A stretch of 64,000 nucleotides of DNA from positions 34,147 through 98,146 of the forward strand of contig JAUCBJ010005374.1 of assembly GCA_032718475.1 (NCBI GenBank). Reading direction: 5' to 3'. Positions 25,766 through 39,243 of this stretch are shown in pieces. Within the stretch, counting starts at the first letter, position 1. Each line of letters starts with the position of its first letter. A program made the position numbers and the translations under genes. Source of the stretch: Nemertoderma westbladi. Lineage: Eukaryota; Animalia; Xenacoelomorpha. The notes under the pieces are model-generated. The model did not search any database, was not told the DNA's origin, and worked only from the letters and a program-made list of their open reading frames with translations.

Positions 25766-27325
25766 TTAGTCTTTCTTACGTGAACGGCGTTTACGCAGTT
25801 TTTTGAGGCTAGCAAGAGTCCTTTTCTCTTTGGGGCGAGCCACTTTACTAGGAGGGCTATAACTCCTGGGTGAAAGGTGCAATACAATTGCATCGGAAGG
25901 TTTAGGATTACGGTCGGTGTATCCGCTGGTCGAGGTACCCGGTTGATTGGTATCAACCTCAGTGGAGTGAGGTCGAACAACCTTGAGAGTGCGTTTTAAG
26001 ACAGCAGCTCTTACTGGTTCCTGACGGGTCGTTTGCACGAGAGCGGTAGGTGGACCGTGTGTAGTGAGAAATTTCCTCGGTTTGATGGTTCTTTTCGACT
26101 CAGGTTCTCGAGCTCTGTCGAAATCGATATGCTTCTCCTCGAGCTGATTTTCCTCCGCTTGTCGTTGGAAGCATTCGTCCAAAACTCTTGCAGAGAGTAG
26201 GGTCGTCCAAGTTCGATATCTTCTTAGAAATTCTGGATTTCCCGATTGAACTGAGATAAAGCTAATTCATTTACCGCTTGGACTTGCTGCTACAATTTAC
26301 GTTTCTCTGAACAATCGTAGGTTCCTTTTCCGATCTTTTGTCGAATAGTGTCTAACGCATTGCATACAACTCTCTCCTCCACCTCGGTGACAGGTTGTAT
26401 CGGGGTTAGATCGGGACGATTATACGGGTTGAACGGCGATATTAGGTTTCCGCGTCCCAATCCAGCAAGGTAGGATGGGCGAATATCTAGGGAGCCCACA
26501 ACCGGAGTGCCACCAACTAATTGTTCAGGTAACACTAGATCTTTGAACAATGAGTACAGCTCAGGAGGATCCGTCATACTATTAGGATCAAGAGTCTGAG
26601 GTCTCACCAGAGAGTGAGGAGGCCTGACCGAGTATTCCGGAACTCTGATCATCGGTTTATTTAAGGATCGTTTGAGTCGAGCGAGCGTAGGTGATACGTC
26701 GTACAAGTTTCGCTCGAAACTCCCGTAAATATAGCGAGTAAAACTGTGTTTAGCGCAACGTCTCCGCGGATGTTTATGTCTTTCCATGTGTTGGTTGGGT
26801 CTAGGGCATTCATCGCAATAATACCAAAGACGCACGTCTTGTAGGGGAAACGCGGGTGATCTTTCTCCAGTTTTACAACGTCTCTCTCAAGAATTCCAAA
26901 TATACGTTGAAGTCACTGCGTTTATCAGATTCTTTAACGTCTTCTCTTTCGAGTTGGTTTCGAATAGAATTTTTGTATTTGATTCTCAGTTTGTCGTTCC
27001 GACTCCGCTGAGTATGATATTTAAATAGGATCATTTCCCTTTCGGTGTCTACATCGTCCATATCGTGTAAATCGATAGGATGGCCAGTAGTTAAGAAGTC
27101 CATATACGTACCATTACGATGTGTATAGCGAGCGGTGAATTTTCTATAGTCCAATTCACGCGTGAGTTGTTCGTTTGAGTTTGACATTGGTGGTTCGATA
27201 TAACGGCCATCGTCCTCCGTAGTGGGTGGACTAGCGCCGCCGCGTATTAAACTATCAACAAACGCTTGCAATGGTAGGGTATATCGCTCCCTGATACCAA
27301 GATCACCTTCTATCAACTCTGTCAT
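25766..27325 (-). pseudogene. Extra ORF (~520 codons, disrupted) between integrase and 3' LTR; unknown product, not env-like
   Basis: Three consecutive minus-strand ORFs (26873-27325, 26290-26835, 25766-26182) joinable by small frameshifts and stops. ATG start, a CDEC..H..H.H...C..H cluster, a basic C-terminus, and no hydrophobic TM segment. Confidence 0.65.
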
Positions 27326-27814
27326 AGCTGCTATATGAGTTTATCGATATCATAATTAATTATAATTTAGGCTAGCGGTCGTTGCTGCCTCCCCCTCAAT
27401 GCCCCCGGACAGCGCAAGATCCTCAGTGCTGATGTACTGTCACCGCTGTGTCTATCGCCAACATAGTAGCTACACAACGACAACAACAACCAGCGCGAGT
27501 CACTCCACTGTCCGTCCCAAGGGCTTAGATTTACTTCAGGTTCTTACTGCAGGGTTAGGGCTACTTTCACAACTGCGACTCGCTACTGTAAACACACTTT
27601 AGTAGTAACATTCACCTATAAACTCACAAATTCCACACAACTGTCACAAATTGTTCACACTCGGGCCATTTGTCCGTTAGTCAAGTACCTTCCAGAATGC
27701 CACGTTATTATTATGTATCCCTGGATACTAGCAGTGCGCTATTTATGCCGTATGCTATTCAATGGGGCAAGCCTTTTATTGTTCTTTTAACTCACTTCTA
27801 ATTCTAGCGTGGTT

Positions 27815-27828
27815 GTTGCCATGGTGAC
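27815..27828. promoter_or_regulatory. RFX X-box-like palindrome upstream of the extra ORF
   Basis: GTTGCCATGGTGAC versus consensus GTTGCCATGGCAAC. Function is untested. Confidence 0.35.
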
Positions 27829-28147
27829 ATTATGGAAAGCTAGCAGTAGAATTAGGGTAATTCTCATGCATACAAATCTGGGATGCTATTTAATAGTAAT
27901 TCTTTAATTGTCAATATTTCCCTTTATACATGATTTTATGAATTTTATCGGCTATTGACTATATATTGGAGATTCTCGCACACTAATACATTTAATAGGA
28001 TGAATCTCCGCTCCCATGATCTATTAATTAATGGAATTTTGGGAATATTATAAATTGTATAAAATAACAATTTATCAAATTCATGAAAGGATATGAATTT
28101 AAATTTATTCCCGTAAATTTTATTATTTAATATTTTCTTTAATATTT

Positions 28148-28525
28148 TATTCCAGAGCATGTCTGGGGACTGGGATCCTTGATTCTAGGAAATTTGTCTT
28201 TTTAAGAGTATCGGTAAGTGCTACGATATCTTAATCGACTAGAATTTTAAAGGATCTAATTTTTAACAGATTTTGATTTATAAATTTTCTTGGTTTACAA
28301 ACTCCTTAGAGTTTATTTGTGTGTATTTACTCTATTATAACATTTGTTTTAATAGATTTTTATAAATATTAACTATGTAATATTTAAGATGGGCACCGAT
28401 TTATTCCAGAACATGTCTGGGGACGTTAACCACTGATTCTAGAATTTTGTCTTTCAAGTATATCGGTGGGTGCCGCGATATCTTAATCGACTAGAATTAC
28501 AGATGGTCAAAGGGTTTAACAGATT
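28148..28525. repeat. Diverged ~125-bp direct repeat pair in the pol-ORF3 spacer
   Basis: TTATTCCAGA.CATGTCTGGGGAC...CGATATCTTAATCGACTAGAATT at about 28148 and 28401. Confidence 0.85.
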
Positions 28526-29051
28526 TATTTGCGTTGTACGCTACTGTTAAAGGGACATCACGCTACTATACGTATTATTTAATATACGGTATGAGAGCAA
28601 TATTGCAAGAAGCAATGTCAGTGAGAAGAGGCAAGTCGTTTCCAAGGTCTACCCAGAGCTTGGTTTAGCCGAGACACGAGGATCTGAACTTTGCATTCCT
28701 AATACTCTACTTACCAATAATACTTGAGTATAGTAGGAGCTTTATTGTACTTTAATAAGTACGGATATTTCATCTTACTGTAGCCACACATTTATAATAT
28801 GATAAGGACAGTAAGGAAAGAGAAAAAGGATTATTTCTCGCCGTTGCACTAAATATATAATATAAGTAATTAAGTAATAAACACGAATATATATTGCACT
28901 AATTCTACTAAATAATCGCTAAAATAACATTCTACTAAAATAAAATTAAAGAAAATGATTATTATAAAATTACATAATAATACATACCTAAATATAAAAA
29001 TAATAAAAACGAATATAAAATAATATGGTCACACACCCACTCCAGACGCTG

Positions 29052-32000
29052 TTACGTTGGGGAGTCCCTAGATGTTTGTTGGATTAGGGAGGTGGTCGTG
29101 GGAAGAGTATCTTGCCTTCCATAGTTTCCGGACAGTTCTCTGTCTCTTTCCAGTAAACATAAACGACCAACTGGGCGATTGAGCTGCTGTGTTTCGAACA
29201 CAATTCCAGGTTTCTTAAAGTTACGTCGCATGATGACGAGTTCTACCGATTGCACCGAACCATCATCTGAGATATGAGTCTTGATGATACGACCTGTCTG
29301 CCACCGCTTACGTGGAAGATCTGTTTCCACAATAAGGACCATGTCTCCGGCGCTGACGTTTTCTTGCTGCGCAAACCACTTGGTTCGAAGTTGTAGCGTA
29401 GGCAGATAATGTTTTTCGAAATGGTCAGCGAAATGACGGGATAATAACTGCATAAGTTGCCAAGTTTGTCGGCAGTATTCGTCTCCGTCCGTGATTTCCG
29501 ATCGTGGGAGCATGGCTACAGGTTTCTACAGTGGGAAGTGCGCGGTTGTTAGCGCTTCCAGGGAGTCGGGACTCGATGAGACTGGCATAAGCGGTCTTTC
29601 GTTAAGATAGGCGGTGATTTCTTCCATTAACGTCCGCAAAAGTTCGTCGGTGAGATATGCGTGGCACGGCACTATGAAGTGAAATGCGGTCTTCACGCTT
29701 CTTATTAATCTCTCCAAACTTCCTCCCCACCAAGGGGCGTTGGCGGCGTTGAATGTCCAGCTAGATGCTGTTACCCTTAGCTGATCGTACACCTGTCTTT
29801 GGTTCCAATCTCTAACGTAAGCCTTGATCTCATTATTGGCGCCAATGAAGTTCATTCCCTTATCAGATCTCATCGTGTTGCTAGTTCCAAAGCGAGCGAT
29901 CTGTCGGCATAGACTCAGTATAAAGCTGTTGGTAGATAGATCGTTCACCATATCTAAATGGATCGCTCTACAAGTCATACAGACAAAGATGACACACCAG
30001 CGCTTGACTATAGTCCTGGCATGATATACTTCAATAGGGCCAAATAAATCCAAACCGGTATTAGTAAAGGGTGGTTCATAGAAGCTTACTCATTCCCTAG
30101 GTAATTCTGCCTCTCGCTGTGTTAAAGGCCTACTGAATGCTTTCCTACAGGGTATACAGTTCCTAAGAACTTGGTTCAGAGCTCTACGGGGTTTATGGAA
30201 ATAATAGCGAGTTCGAATTTCGCTAAGAACTCGTTCTCTACCAGCATGGTAAAGCTTACTGTGAACATCTACAATCATCTTGATTTGTATTTCAAGATTT
30301 CTAATGAGTATGGGAAACCTAGTGTCAAAGGATAATGGAGCATTAGTTAGTCTCCCTCCAACGCGTATTAACCCATCTATCATTGTGCTAGAGAATCGAT
30401 CCCTTAAGCGCATCTGTGGATTTCTCAACAACAGGAAATACTTATCGGAATCTTCATAGCATTGCAGGAGTCTCAGTATCTGCTTATTGGTTTCTTCATG
30501 CTCCTGGTAACTGATCTTCTCCATCAGAAACCTATCTGAGATTTTATATTTGGGAAGATCTTTAATAGCATGGACCTGCACAGATGTCAGTGGGGCGGTA
30601 TCACTAGTGATCTTCGTCCTGGAGTAGTGATAATGGAAGCATCGCTTCAAATACACAACGGCCTTACAAAGCCAATTCCAGGAGCTATAGTGATGTATCG
30701 CTCTCTGTAGGAGAGGTGAGAGTCCCTGCGAAACGTCTGGTGTTCCAGATTTCCAGTCTCTCTCTCTGATTTCCACAGCAGACTTATTTGTGGCGGGGGA
30801 GTTTAGATCCACAGCGTCATCTCCGGAAATATGTAGTACAGACAGATCTATCTAGGGTTTCAATAACTTCGATTTACTCGTCCGGGTTTAAGGTTTGACT
30901 TTCTCCGCTCCCTTGGCTTGTCTAATCTCAGCCGTGGTGAGATGAGGAGGCCATTCATCTTCTTCTTTACTTAGGAAGTCGGGTCCACCTAACCAGTCCG
31001 GAGTGTCTACCAGTTCTAGAGAAGTTGCTCCTCTGGAGGCAATGTCGGCTGGATTAATCGTCCCAGGGCAATGTCTCCATTGATCTACACTAGTGCGACT
31101 AAGTATAATGGCTACTCTGTTGGTAACGAAAACGCTGAACTGACAGACTTCATTGGTTATATACTCCAAAACGAGTAAAGCATCAGTCCAATAGACAGTT
31201 TTCTCCAGTGGATAGTCGATCTGTTCTGTGACGTTCCGGCCGATGGCTGTAGCGTATAGAACCGCCTTTAACTCCGCTCGAGGAACTCGTAGTTTGTTGT
31301 TTATCAAGGCCTTAGAGGTAACCAAGGCAACTTTAATTCCATCCGGAGTTTCAACTCTCAGGTAGGCTACTATACCTATTCCCATATCGCTGGTGTCTCC
31401 AAACACATGGAGTTGATTGGAATACGTGACCAAAATAGGAACGGGAAATCGTAAAGTTCTCGATGGATGGTAGAGAATCTTCCCATTTCATCCACTTCTT
31501 TAGTAGTTCTCCCTTAAGTGGATCGTCCCATGAGTGGTTTTCAAGCCACATTTGTTGAACTAAACTCCGAGCAACCAATATAACTGGGCTAATAAATCCC
31601 AATGGATCGAAATAAGTGCTCAGGATACTTAGACAAATCCGTTTAGTTCGAACTGGATTATCTCACTGTTTTAGCTGGAAAAACAGGATATCTCTCTCCG
31701 TGTCCCATTTCAAACCAAGCGTCTTAGTTTCAGGAAGATCGTCCCTGATTAGGTCCAGGTCTTTAACTCCTCGGTCTTCTACCGGGATCGATTCCAGAAA
31801 CTCACGGGAGTTGCTAGTGAATTTGGTTAGTCGAAATCCACCACGTTTCAAACACTCTACCGTTCCCTTGGCAACATCAATGGCTTCTTCCACCGATGGG
31901 AGGGACTTTAAATTATCGTCCATGTATATATCCCGTTTGATGTTGTCGATAACTGCTTTAGAGAAGGCGTCTCGGTTGTCATCAGCAGTGGTGCGCACTA

Positions 32001-35000
32001 CTGAACAGGCGTTCGAGGGGCTCGAGATGATTCCGAAAGCCTGGATGGTCATCCAGTACTCCACAGGTTTTTGGCTGAGGTCTCCTTCAGGCCACCACAG
32101 AAATCGCAGGCTGTCTCGATCCCTATCCAGCGCCTTAACTTGTAAGAACATGCCTTCTATATCTGCTGAGGCGAAGGCGATCGAATATTGCCGTAATCTT
32201 AAGAGTATTCCCAACAAGGATTGGAGTAAGTTGAGTCCCGGCAACAACTCCGAATTAAGGGATTGGCCCATGTAAAGGGCGGAGCCGTCAAATACTACCC
32301 GAACTTCATGGGGTTTACCGGGTTTGGGAACGTAATAATGGGTTAAATAATACGTTCTCTCAGTTATGGGTGTTTCTTCCAGTACTCGCTCCGCATATCC
32401 CTTATCGATGAATTTCTTCAGCTGGGTCTTGTACATCTCTTTAGCTGAAGCATTTGCCGTAAGGCGTCGATGTAGTTGCGCGATTCTTTTCTCCGCCAAG
32501 GGTCGGTTATTTATAAAATTAGGTTCTCGCTTTCGAAATGGCAGACCAATCTCATACCTCCCTTGATCTCTAAGGAAACATGTAGTCGTTGCCTGGATCG
32601 GCTTGGCTCTTTCCTCCTCGACTGATAGTGCTTTGTCGTAGGAATTAGGCTCTACAGCTTCTTGAGTAAAGAATCGTACGGCGTGTTCGTCGCGAATCTT
32701 AGCGTTATGTCGATCTATCACCTCATTTAGCTCATCGTCATAGTTGGGTTGTCCGCCATGATGGACGAGATGGCAAAGGTGCACTTGGTTTCTCCAAGCT
32801 TCACTTTCAGTGAGGAGATCTATCGTATTTTCCTCGTCAAATAGTTGGGTAATATCGTCGTTATCTGAGGAGTATGGTGTTCCCTCAGGTGTGATTTCTC
32901 CCTCACTGATTTCTTCTTCCCATTCACTCACCTAATGCACTTGTTCAGTGGGTAATCTTTCCATGAGCGTTCTACGGGAAGGTCCAGTGAAGTACCAACC
33001 TACTCTAGTTCTTCCCGCATAGGTTTGCAATGGTTGCGGTCGAGCAGGTCGTTTCTCTAATGTCTCAAGCGCCTCATGCGCATTTTAGCCGATTAATATT
33101 TGCACCCCTGTGTAGTCGGTGTTGAATCTAGGGATATTATGTTGCTGGGTAAAATCGTCTTCATCCCAGTTGTAAGGTTCTACTTGGCTGGTAGCAAATT
33201 TCTTTATCGCCACCATTTTTACTGACCTTATGCTGTGTTCTCCTAGTTCGTCTTGGGGAGTGGACAACGCGCCTACATATTAGTCTGTAGCTACTGTAGA
33301 TTTCCAAACCTGCATAATTCCTGAAAGGTTCAACTTAGTTCGGAACTTGGGTTGTCCTGCAAAGATGTCTTCAGCTAGTTCTTTATCGATGAAAGTTCCT
33401 GTGCTGCCGGAGTCCAGGAGTGCGTTGACTATAAAACTCTTACTTAATCCATGGACTCTTAGCTGAACTACGGGGAATTCCCGGATTCCGACGTTGGAAG
33501 TTGGTGCTTTCCAAGATGGTTGTCGGTCAGGAATAACCGGGTGCGCTTCGTTATCGGTTTCAGTCTCATACGTAAGCGCTCGATACACCGCGGTGTTTAT
33601 TAGATAACAGGATTCGTTTTCGTCGGAGAATTCGTCCGTCTAAAATCCTTCCATCTCAGAACTTTGGTCAGTGTCGTTCACATCACTGAATTGGACATGT
33701 AGTTCGGACTCACTTACTTGACTCGGGCTGTTTCTTTCAAATTCGGTGTGCAACAAGATATGATGTTTCGCGCCGCACTGAGCACACCTCGCATCGGAGT
33801 AACAGGTTCGCCGTTGGTGTCCTTGTCTGAGACAATTATAACACAACCGCTTATCCCACATGACATCACGTCTATCTTTTAGGGATTTCTTTAAGAATTC
33901 ATCACACACACTTAAACGGTGGGGCCCGTCGCACAATGCACATTTTGGTTTGATGTTACTTACTTTACCTTGGGTAATGTTGTGCACACTCGTTCTTTCT
34001 TTGGGCTTTCTTCCATGAACTCTCTTAGGAGACATATGAGGAGTTTTTGTTACCTGTTCTCTCCTATCACTGGTTCGAGACTTAAATTTACTTACGTCTT
34101 TAGGTGCTTTGTTGACATAGTAAGATCTTTCGGTGTCTTTCCCGTTGTTCTCCTCTTGAGAGGTCTGGCTTTCTCCGTCGTCTGTATAACACACTAGTGT
34201 TACCTTTCTTCTAGAAACGGGTTTTTCACTTACCTTATTTTCCGGTGTATTCTCTCTGGACTGCTTTAGGAGCTGTAATTTTTCCTCTCCATCTAAGAAT
34301 GACATGAGATCAGCCATCATGGTAGGGTCTCTTTGTTGTTGTTCCATCATATATAGAACTCTTTTGTCCCAACGAGTACCAACTCCACCCTTTGGCAAGG
34401 TAGATGCTACAGCTCCAATAACCATAGAACTCTGATACTCATGAGACTTACCTAGCCAATCTAATTGTCTACAAATCTCCTGGATCTCATCGGAAAATTC
34501 TATAATCCCGCTGCTAAGAAACTTTTGTGGCGCTACCAATTTCGCATACAAATACCTAGCTATGTTATTCCTATTACCATACCTGATGTTTAGTGTATCC
34601 CAGACTTGTCTTAATCCATCTGGATGTCCAATAAACTTTAACGCCATTAACTTGGGAGATCCTTCCAAACACTCGATGAGGAATCTAAGTTTCTCTCCGT
34701 TAGATAGCACAGAGTTCTGTATGTTATCTTTATAATATTCATTAAAAGGTAACCATTTCATCCCATCTCCGTTGAACTTTACGATCTCTCCCACCTTTAC
34801 CGCTTGACGGGCTTCGGTTCTAGCCATTTGATGCGTAAAACTTTCTTGGGCCATCGTATTATTTAATATCGAGTTATCGGTATATAAATTTCTCGGATTA
34901 TGATCAGGTCTATATGGAATATCATTATTAACAGGTTTATCGTTACCCTTAATAGGGTTTACTATAGGAGTTTCTACTTCACTAGCAGTATAGATGCATG

Positions 35001-37347
35001 TAGGCTCCATACCTTGCGCATGAAATACTTCAGACCTAACAGGTTGACACATTGTTACAGGGGGTGGTGGTATACCCCTTTGTATATTTACTAATTTATC
35101 GCGTTCTAACGCGATACTCTGCTGCACTTCTTGCAGTTCTAACCTACCCTCTCTTACTGTTCCCTTTCACTGCTGCACAGTCCCTTCCATTTCTCGGACG
35201 TGCTGGAAGGAACGGATGCGCTGTTCCTCCAATTGTCCGAGCAGGAGATCGATCCCCCGCCGTCCCTCATCCACCCACTCGACCGCCGAAGCGGGAGCCG
35301 CCAACATAGTAGCGGGTAGACGAGGGACGACGGGCGATAAATCGTTGATGTCTCGCTCGGCGTCCAAGACTGGGACTGTTTCTGCGGCCATTCTATTGGG
35401 CACAGGTAATTTAGTACTGTGCAAAGGGAATTTAGAGTTAGGTTCTGGGAGTACAGGTGTCTCAATCACCGAAGGGGTGGCTTCGAGAACAGGCCTAATT
35501 ATTTCAGGCTCATCTACTATAGTAGGGAGTCTTTCTACTCTAATAATTTGGTCTGTGGGTTCTGTACTACCTAAGTCTGCGCTAGCTAGTTGCCTTCTCA
35601 CAGCTGGTGGCGAATTAGGCAATTTCTGATGGTGAGGCGTTCTTCTACGTCTGCTGGAATGAGATATATTTCCTCCGCCTTCAGGATCTGTTGTATCGCC
35701 TTCATCAGATGATGTAAATCCCTGTCTCTTGGGAGTAGATCGACTTATCATCTGCATCTGCTTAGCTGTTCTTTGTTTATTGAAGTAGTCTTGCTTCTCT
35801 TGAAGATTTTCCAACTCTAGTTGGACTGTCTCTTCAGATGCCCTCCATTCTGCTGCTGCCACTGCCTCTGCCGCCTTTCTTTCCGCTTCTGCTGCTGCTA
35901 CCTTTCTTTCCGCTTCTGCCTTTGCCACTGCCTTTGCCGCTGCCGCTTTTCTTTCCGCTTCTGCCGCTTTTCTTTCCGCTTCTGCCTCTGCCGCTGCAGC
36001 TGCCGCTTTTCTTTCAGCCTCTGCCGCTTTTCTTTCCGCTTCTGCCGCTGCAGCTGCCGCTTTTCTTTCAGCCTCTGCCGCTGCAGCTGCCGCTTTTCTT
36101 TCAGCCTCTGCCGCTGCCGCTGCAGCTGCCGCTTTTCTTTCAACTTCTGCCACTGCCGCTACTGCTGCCTTTCTGTCTTCTATCCGTTTTTTCTTTAATT
36201 GTTCTTCCTGTTCCCTAGCGATGGGGATACTTTCATCAAATTTAGCCTGTTCTACGGCTAACATTTCCGCATCTAATGCGTCTAACACAAATTTGGCTCC
36301 CTCACTAGTAGGATGAAGTCCAGATAGTCGTCTCCTTAGCTCTTCGTCGCCTATAAATCGTTGATAGTCCGACAGATAGATGTCAATGGCGTCCTTCTTC
36401 TGAGGTTTCTCTAATGTAACCTCGCTTTCCACCTGAGAAAAGGTAGCGTCTGTTGATTCTCCGTGGGTCGAGCGCTCAGTTAGCTGAATTTTCCATTGGG
36501 TCGTTCCTTGAACTCTGAGACTCACCCATTGGAACCAAGTCTTTATGGCAACTTGCAACGATGTGTCTTGGCTTCTTTTCGAAGCTTCCTCAAAGGCCGA
36601 TAGGATTAGTCTGATTCTTAGGATACGTTCTCGAACTTGATAAAGCAGCTCTCCCTGCTCTTGAGGTCCTTGGGGTTGTTGTAACAGTTGTTCCTCTAAT
36701 CGCTCCAAAAAGCTGAAGAATCCCTGTTCATATCATGCTGCCGACCTCTTCCACACAGCTGGATCTCTAGTGTCCTTTACCACTCCCATCCTGTATAAGT
36801 CCTCCCAGGCAGCTTCCGATAAGTTAAACGGGAGTCCGGGTCCGGGGAAGTTCCATTGCGTCTCGACAATAGACTTCAGTTCCTCCTTCGTGTATCCCGC
36901 ATAACTGTCCTTGGTCGATCGCTTACTTCTCGCCCAATCGATTTGATGTTCCTCCACCGCAATCAATACTCTAGTGAGTACGGCTTCAGGAAGAATGAGA
37001 AGTGGATCCGAATAAACTGCTTCTGCCATCTTTGCTCCGCGCTCGGGTGTCAACTCTACAGTATCTGAACTACCGGAGCTATCGGGCCACTGAGAAATAA
37101 GTTCTCGGCTCGGGTGTTGCTGCTGTTTAACAGCTGCCTCTTGGTCCCGCTTGACTTGAGCCCGAGTGCCTATGATAGACCTACGGTGCTTTACTAGCCT
37201 AGGGTCTGATAGTACTACTGAAGGGATGACTTTTCTTACAGTAGGAGGGGACTTGAACTTTGGTCTCAAATGTTCGGTACTCCTGTCGGAGTCGCAGACT
37301 GTTGTTTCTAGGAGATTATCTGACAGAGTTTGCTTTGTGTCAGCCAT
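29052..37347 (-). pseudogene. BEL/Pao gag-pol polyprotein (~2,760 codons) with about 11 in-frame stops and one frameshift
   Basis: The ORFs from 37347 to about 31440 share one frame and the rest share another. Motifs: KFNGDGMKWLPF (Gag); three knuckles CALCDGPH..C, CYNCLRQGH..C, CAQCGAKHH..H; PR LLDSGST; RT VRVVFDGS, ADIEGMFLQV, YMDD; RH HVFGD, PRAEL, YWTDA; IN HAGRE..CIPC, DLFGP, SDKG, ERLIRSVK. Confidence 0.95.
35860..36175 (-). repeat. Coding repeat (A)nEAERK in the Gag N-terminal extension
   Basis: About ten AEAERKA(A)n units in ORF 35167-36708. Confidence 0.9.
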
Positions 37348-37485
37348 GTTTGATTGTACAGTTGAATGCCTACTACTATAATGACAGTTAAAGCAAGTCT
37401 AGTAATTCAGTATCAACTGTTAGCCTAGTAATTATTTACCGATATCGTTACTCAATGTAACGCGATATATATATAATATATTAGA

Positions 37486-37740
37486 ATACCGGTATACACT
37501 TATAGTATATATATAAGTATTATTACAGACTAGGGTTTGTCACAGAATACCGGTATATAATTTCAGCATAAATTTATATAAATATATATAATAAGCCTAC
37601 CGCGAATACCGGTATACAGCTTACACTTATAGTATATATAAGTATAATTATAGACTAGAATTAATTACAGAATACCGGTATATAATTTCAGCATAAATTT
37701 ATATAAATAAATATAATAAGTCTATAGTAAATACCGGTAT
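37486..37740. repeat. Tandem repeats in the element A leader (~60/125-bp period)
   Basis: The palindromic core AATACCGGTAT recurs five times, at about 37486, 37546, 37605, 37671 and 37730. Confidence 0.8.
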
Positions 37741-39243
37741 GTCAATTATTTTAGAATAACTGAATTTCTGAATTTTAGGATCACTTTCCTTTACCTTATT
37801 ACTGTTATTAAGCAGTAGTCCAACTGATATTAAGACCTAATTGATGTATGACAGGCCTACTATTTTATAAATCGGTTTGAGTTGATTTATAATTATATAT
37901 ATACCCTTCTAATGGGTTTTGACAATATTTGAAATAAATGTTATTATTTCTGGTAAGGAGTCACTACACAGAAGCTGAACGCTCTCAGTGAAGTGCTACT
38001 TGTTGGACACTAAAACAAATAATTCTACTTGACTAAGTTACTTATTACTACAAATTACGTACAATTACTGGGTGTGATTACAATCTCTAAATAAACACAA
38101 AAATTACACGTACAAATTTTAGGGTAATTTTACAGGAAATCTACAAACCAGCCTAACAAGGAGTTAGAATTTCTGGTTATTACAACGGACAGGATACTAC
38201 GGTATTTGAAAATAATTAAACAGTAGTAAATAAATTGCGTTGTCCAGATAAGAAAATACCACCGTCTGACGACTTATAGTCTTTAGCTGTACAGCTCTAT
38301 AAGTACTACGTTATGTACCCGGAGTGTTCTTACCTAGAAGTTAATTACCGCAGCCAACCAGAGCTAACGTGCCTATTAACCACTTTACAACACAAATATA
38401 CTGCCTACACACTAATTACCTTCGGAAAGTATTGTACACTAAACCCTAAATTAGGTACAAGTACTTATACAACAAATAACCAGCAGTTAAAAATACTTGT
38501 ACAGCTAAAAAAAACAACGGTATCTGCTGGAGTGACTAGAGCATAAAATCACCAGTTCTTTACCTACGCCAAGCAGCCCTGATGTAGTACCGGGGTTAAT
38601 TTAACTATAACGGTATGTATAACAAGCACAATTACTGTAGGAATAAACTTGGGGAGTTATGTATGTTGCGAATACTCGCATCTACTCTGAATAATAAATA
38701 AATACGCTACCCGTGCAGACTACACAAACAAAATACAAACCAAACGCTGGCAGACTACTATCAAGCCTAAATAAACTACAGTATATGCAGACTCCGAAAT
38801 GGTTAGTTAGTATGCGTTCTAACCTTATTCTTTCGGGGGGATTTACCTTACAGCACTGGATGCCCCCACCTTCCTAACTAGTACTTTATCGGACATACAC
38901 TCTACACACACTTCAATCTCTTCAGACTTAACAACAGTCAGACAACAATCCAGCCTACAAATTATTTATACAATCTGAGCAGGCTTACACGCCTTCTGCT
39001 CAATATTACACTTACAAATAAATAAAACTGACAGAAATAAGTAAAATCCCAATAAAAACCAGGGCTGCAGTCCCTGATTAAATATCAAGACCTACCGGTA
39101 TATAATTATCAAAATCGAATAATACTGCTGTACCTGTAAGTACCGGTTCGGGTAGTCGGGCAGTCAGGCCTACAGCTTACCGGTCGACCAGTACGTTTGA
39201 CTTTATTGCCTACGGTGCAATAAAGAATCTGAAAATCTATTTT

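Noticed and set aside
31616-36218. Antisense ORFs over gag-pol (31616-32275, 35216-35629, 35821-36218)
   Set aside because: Shadow ORFs of the coding strand and its repeats, with no recognisable motifs.
29052-37347. Stop-codon reassignment or programmed readthrough as the reason for the in-frame stops
   Set aside because: All three stop types occur, there is also a frameshift, and relative E has sense codons at some of the same positions.
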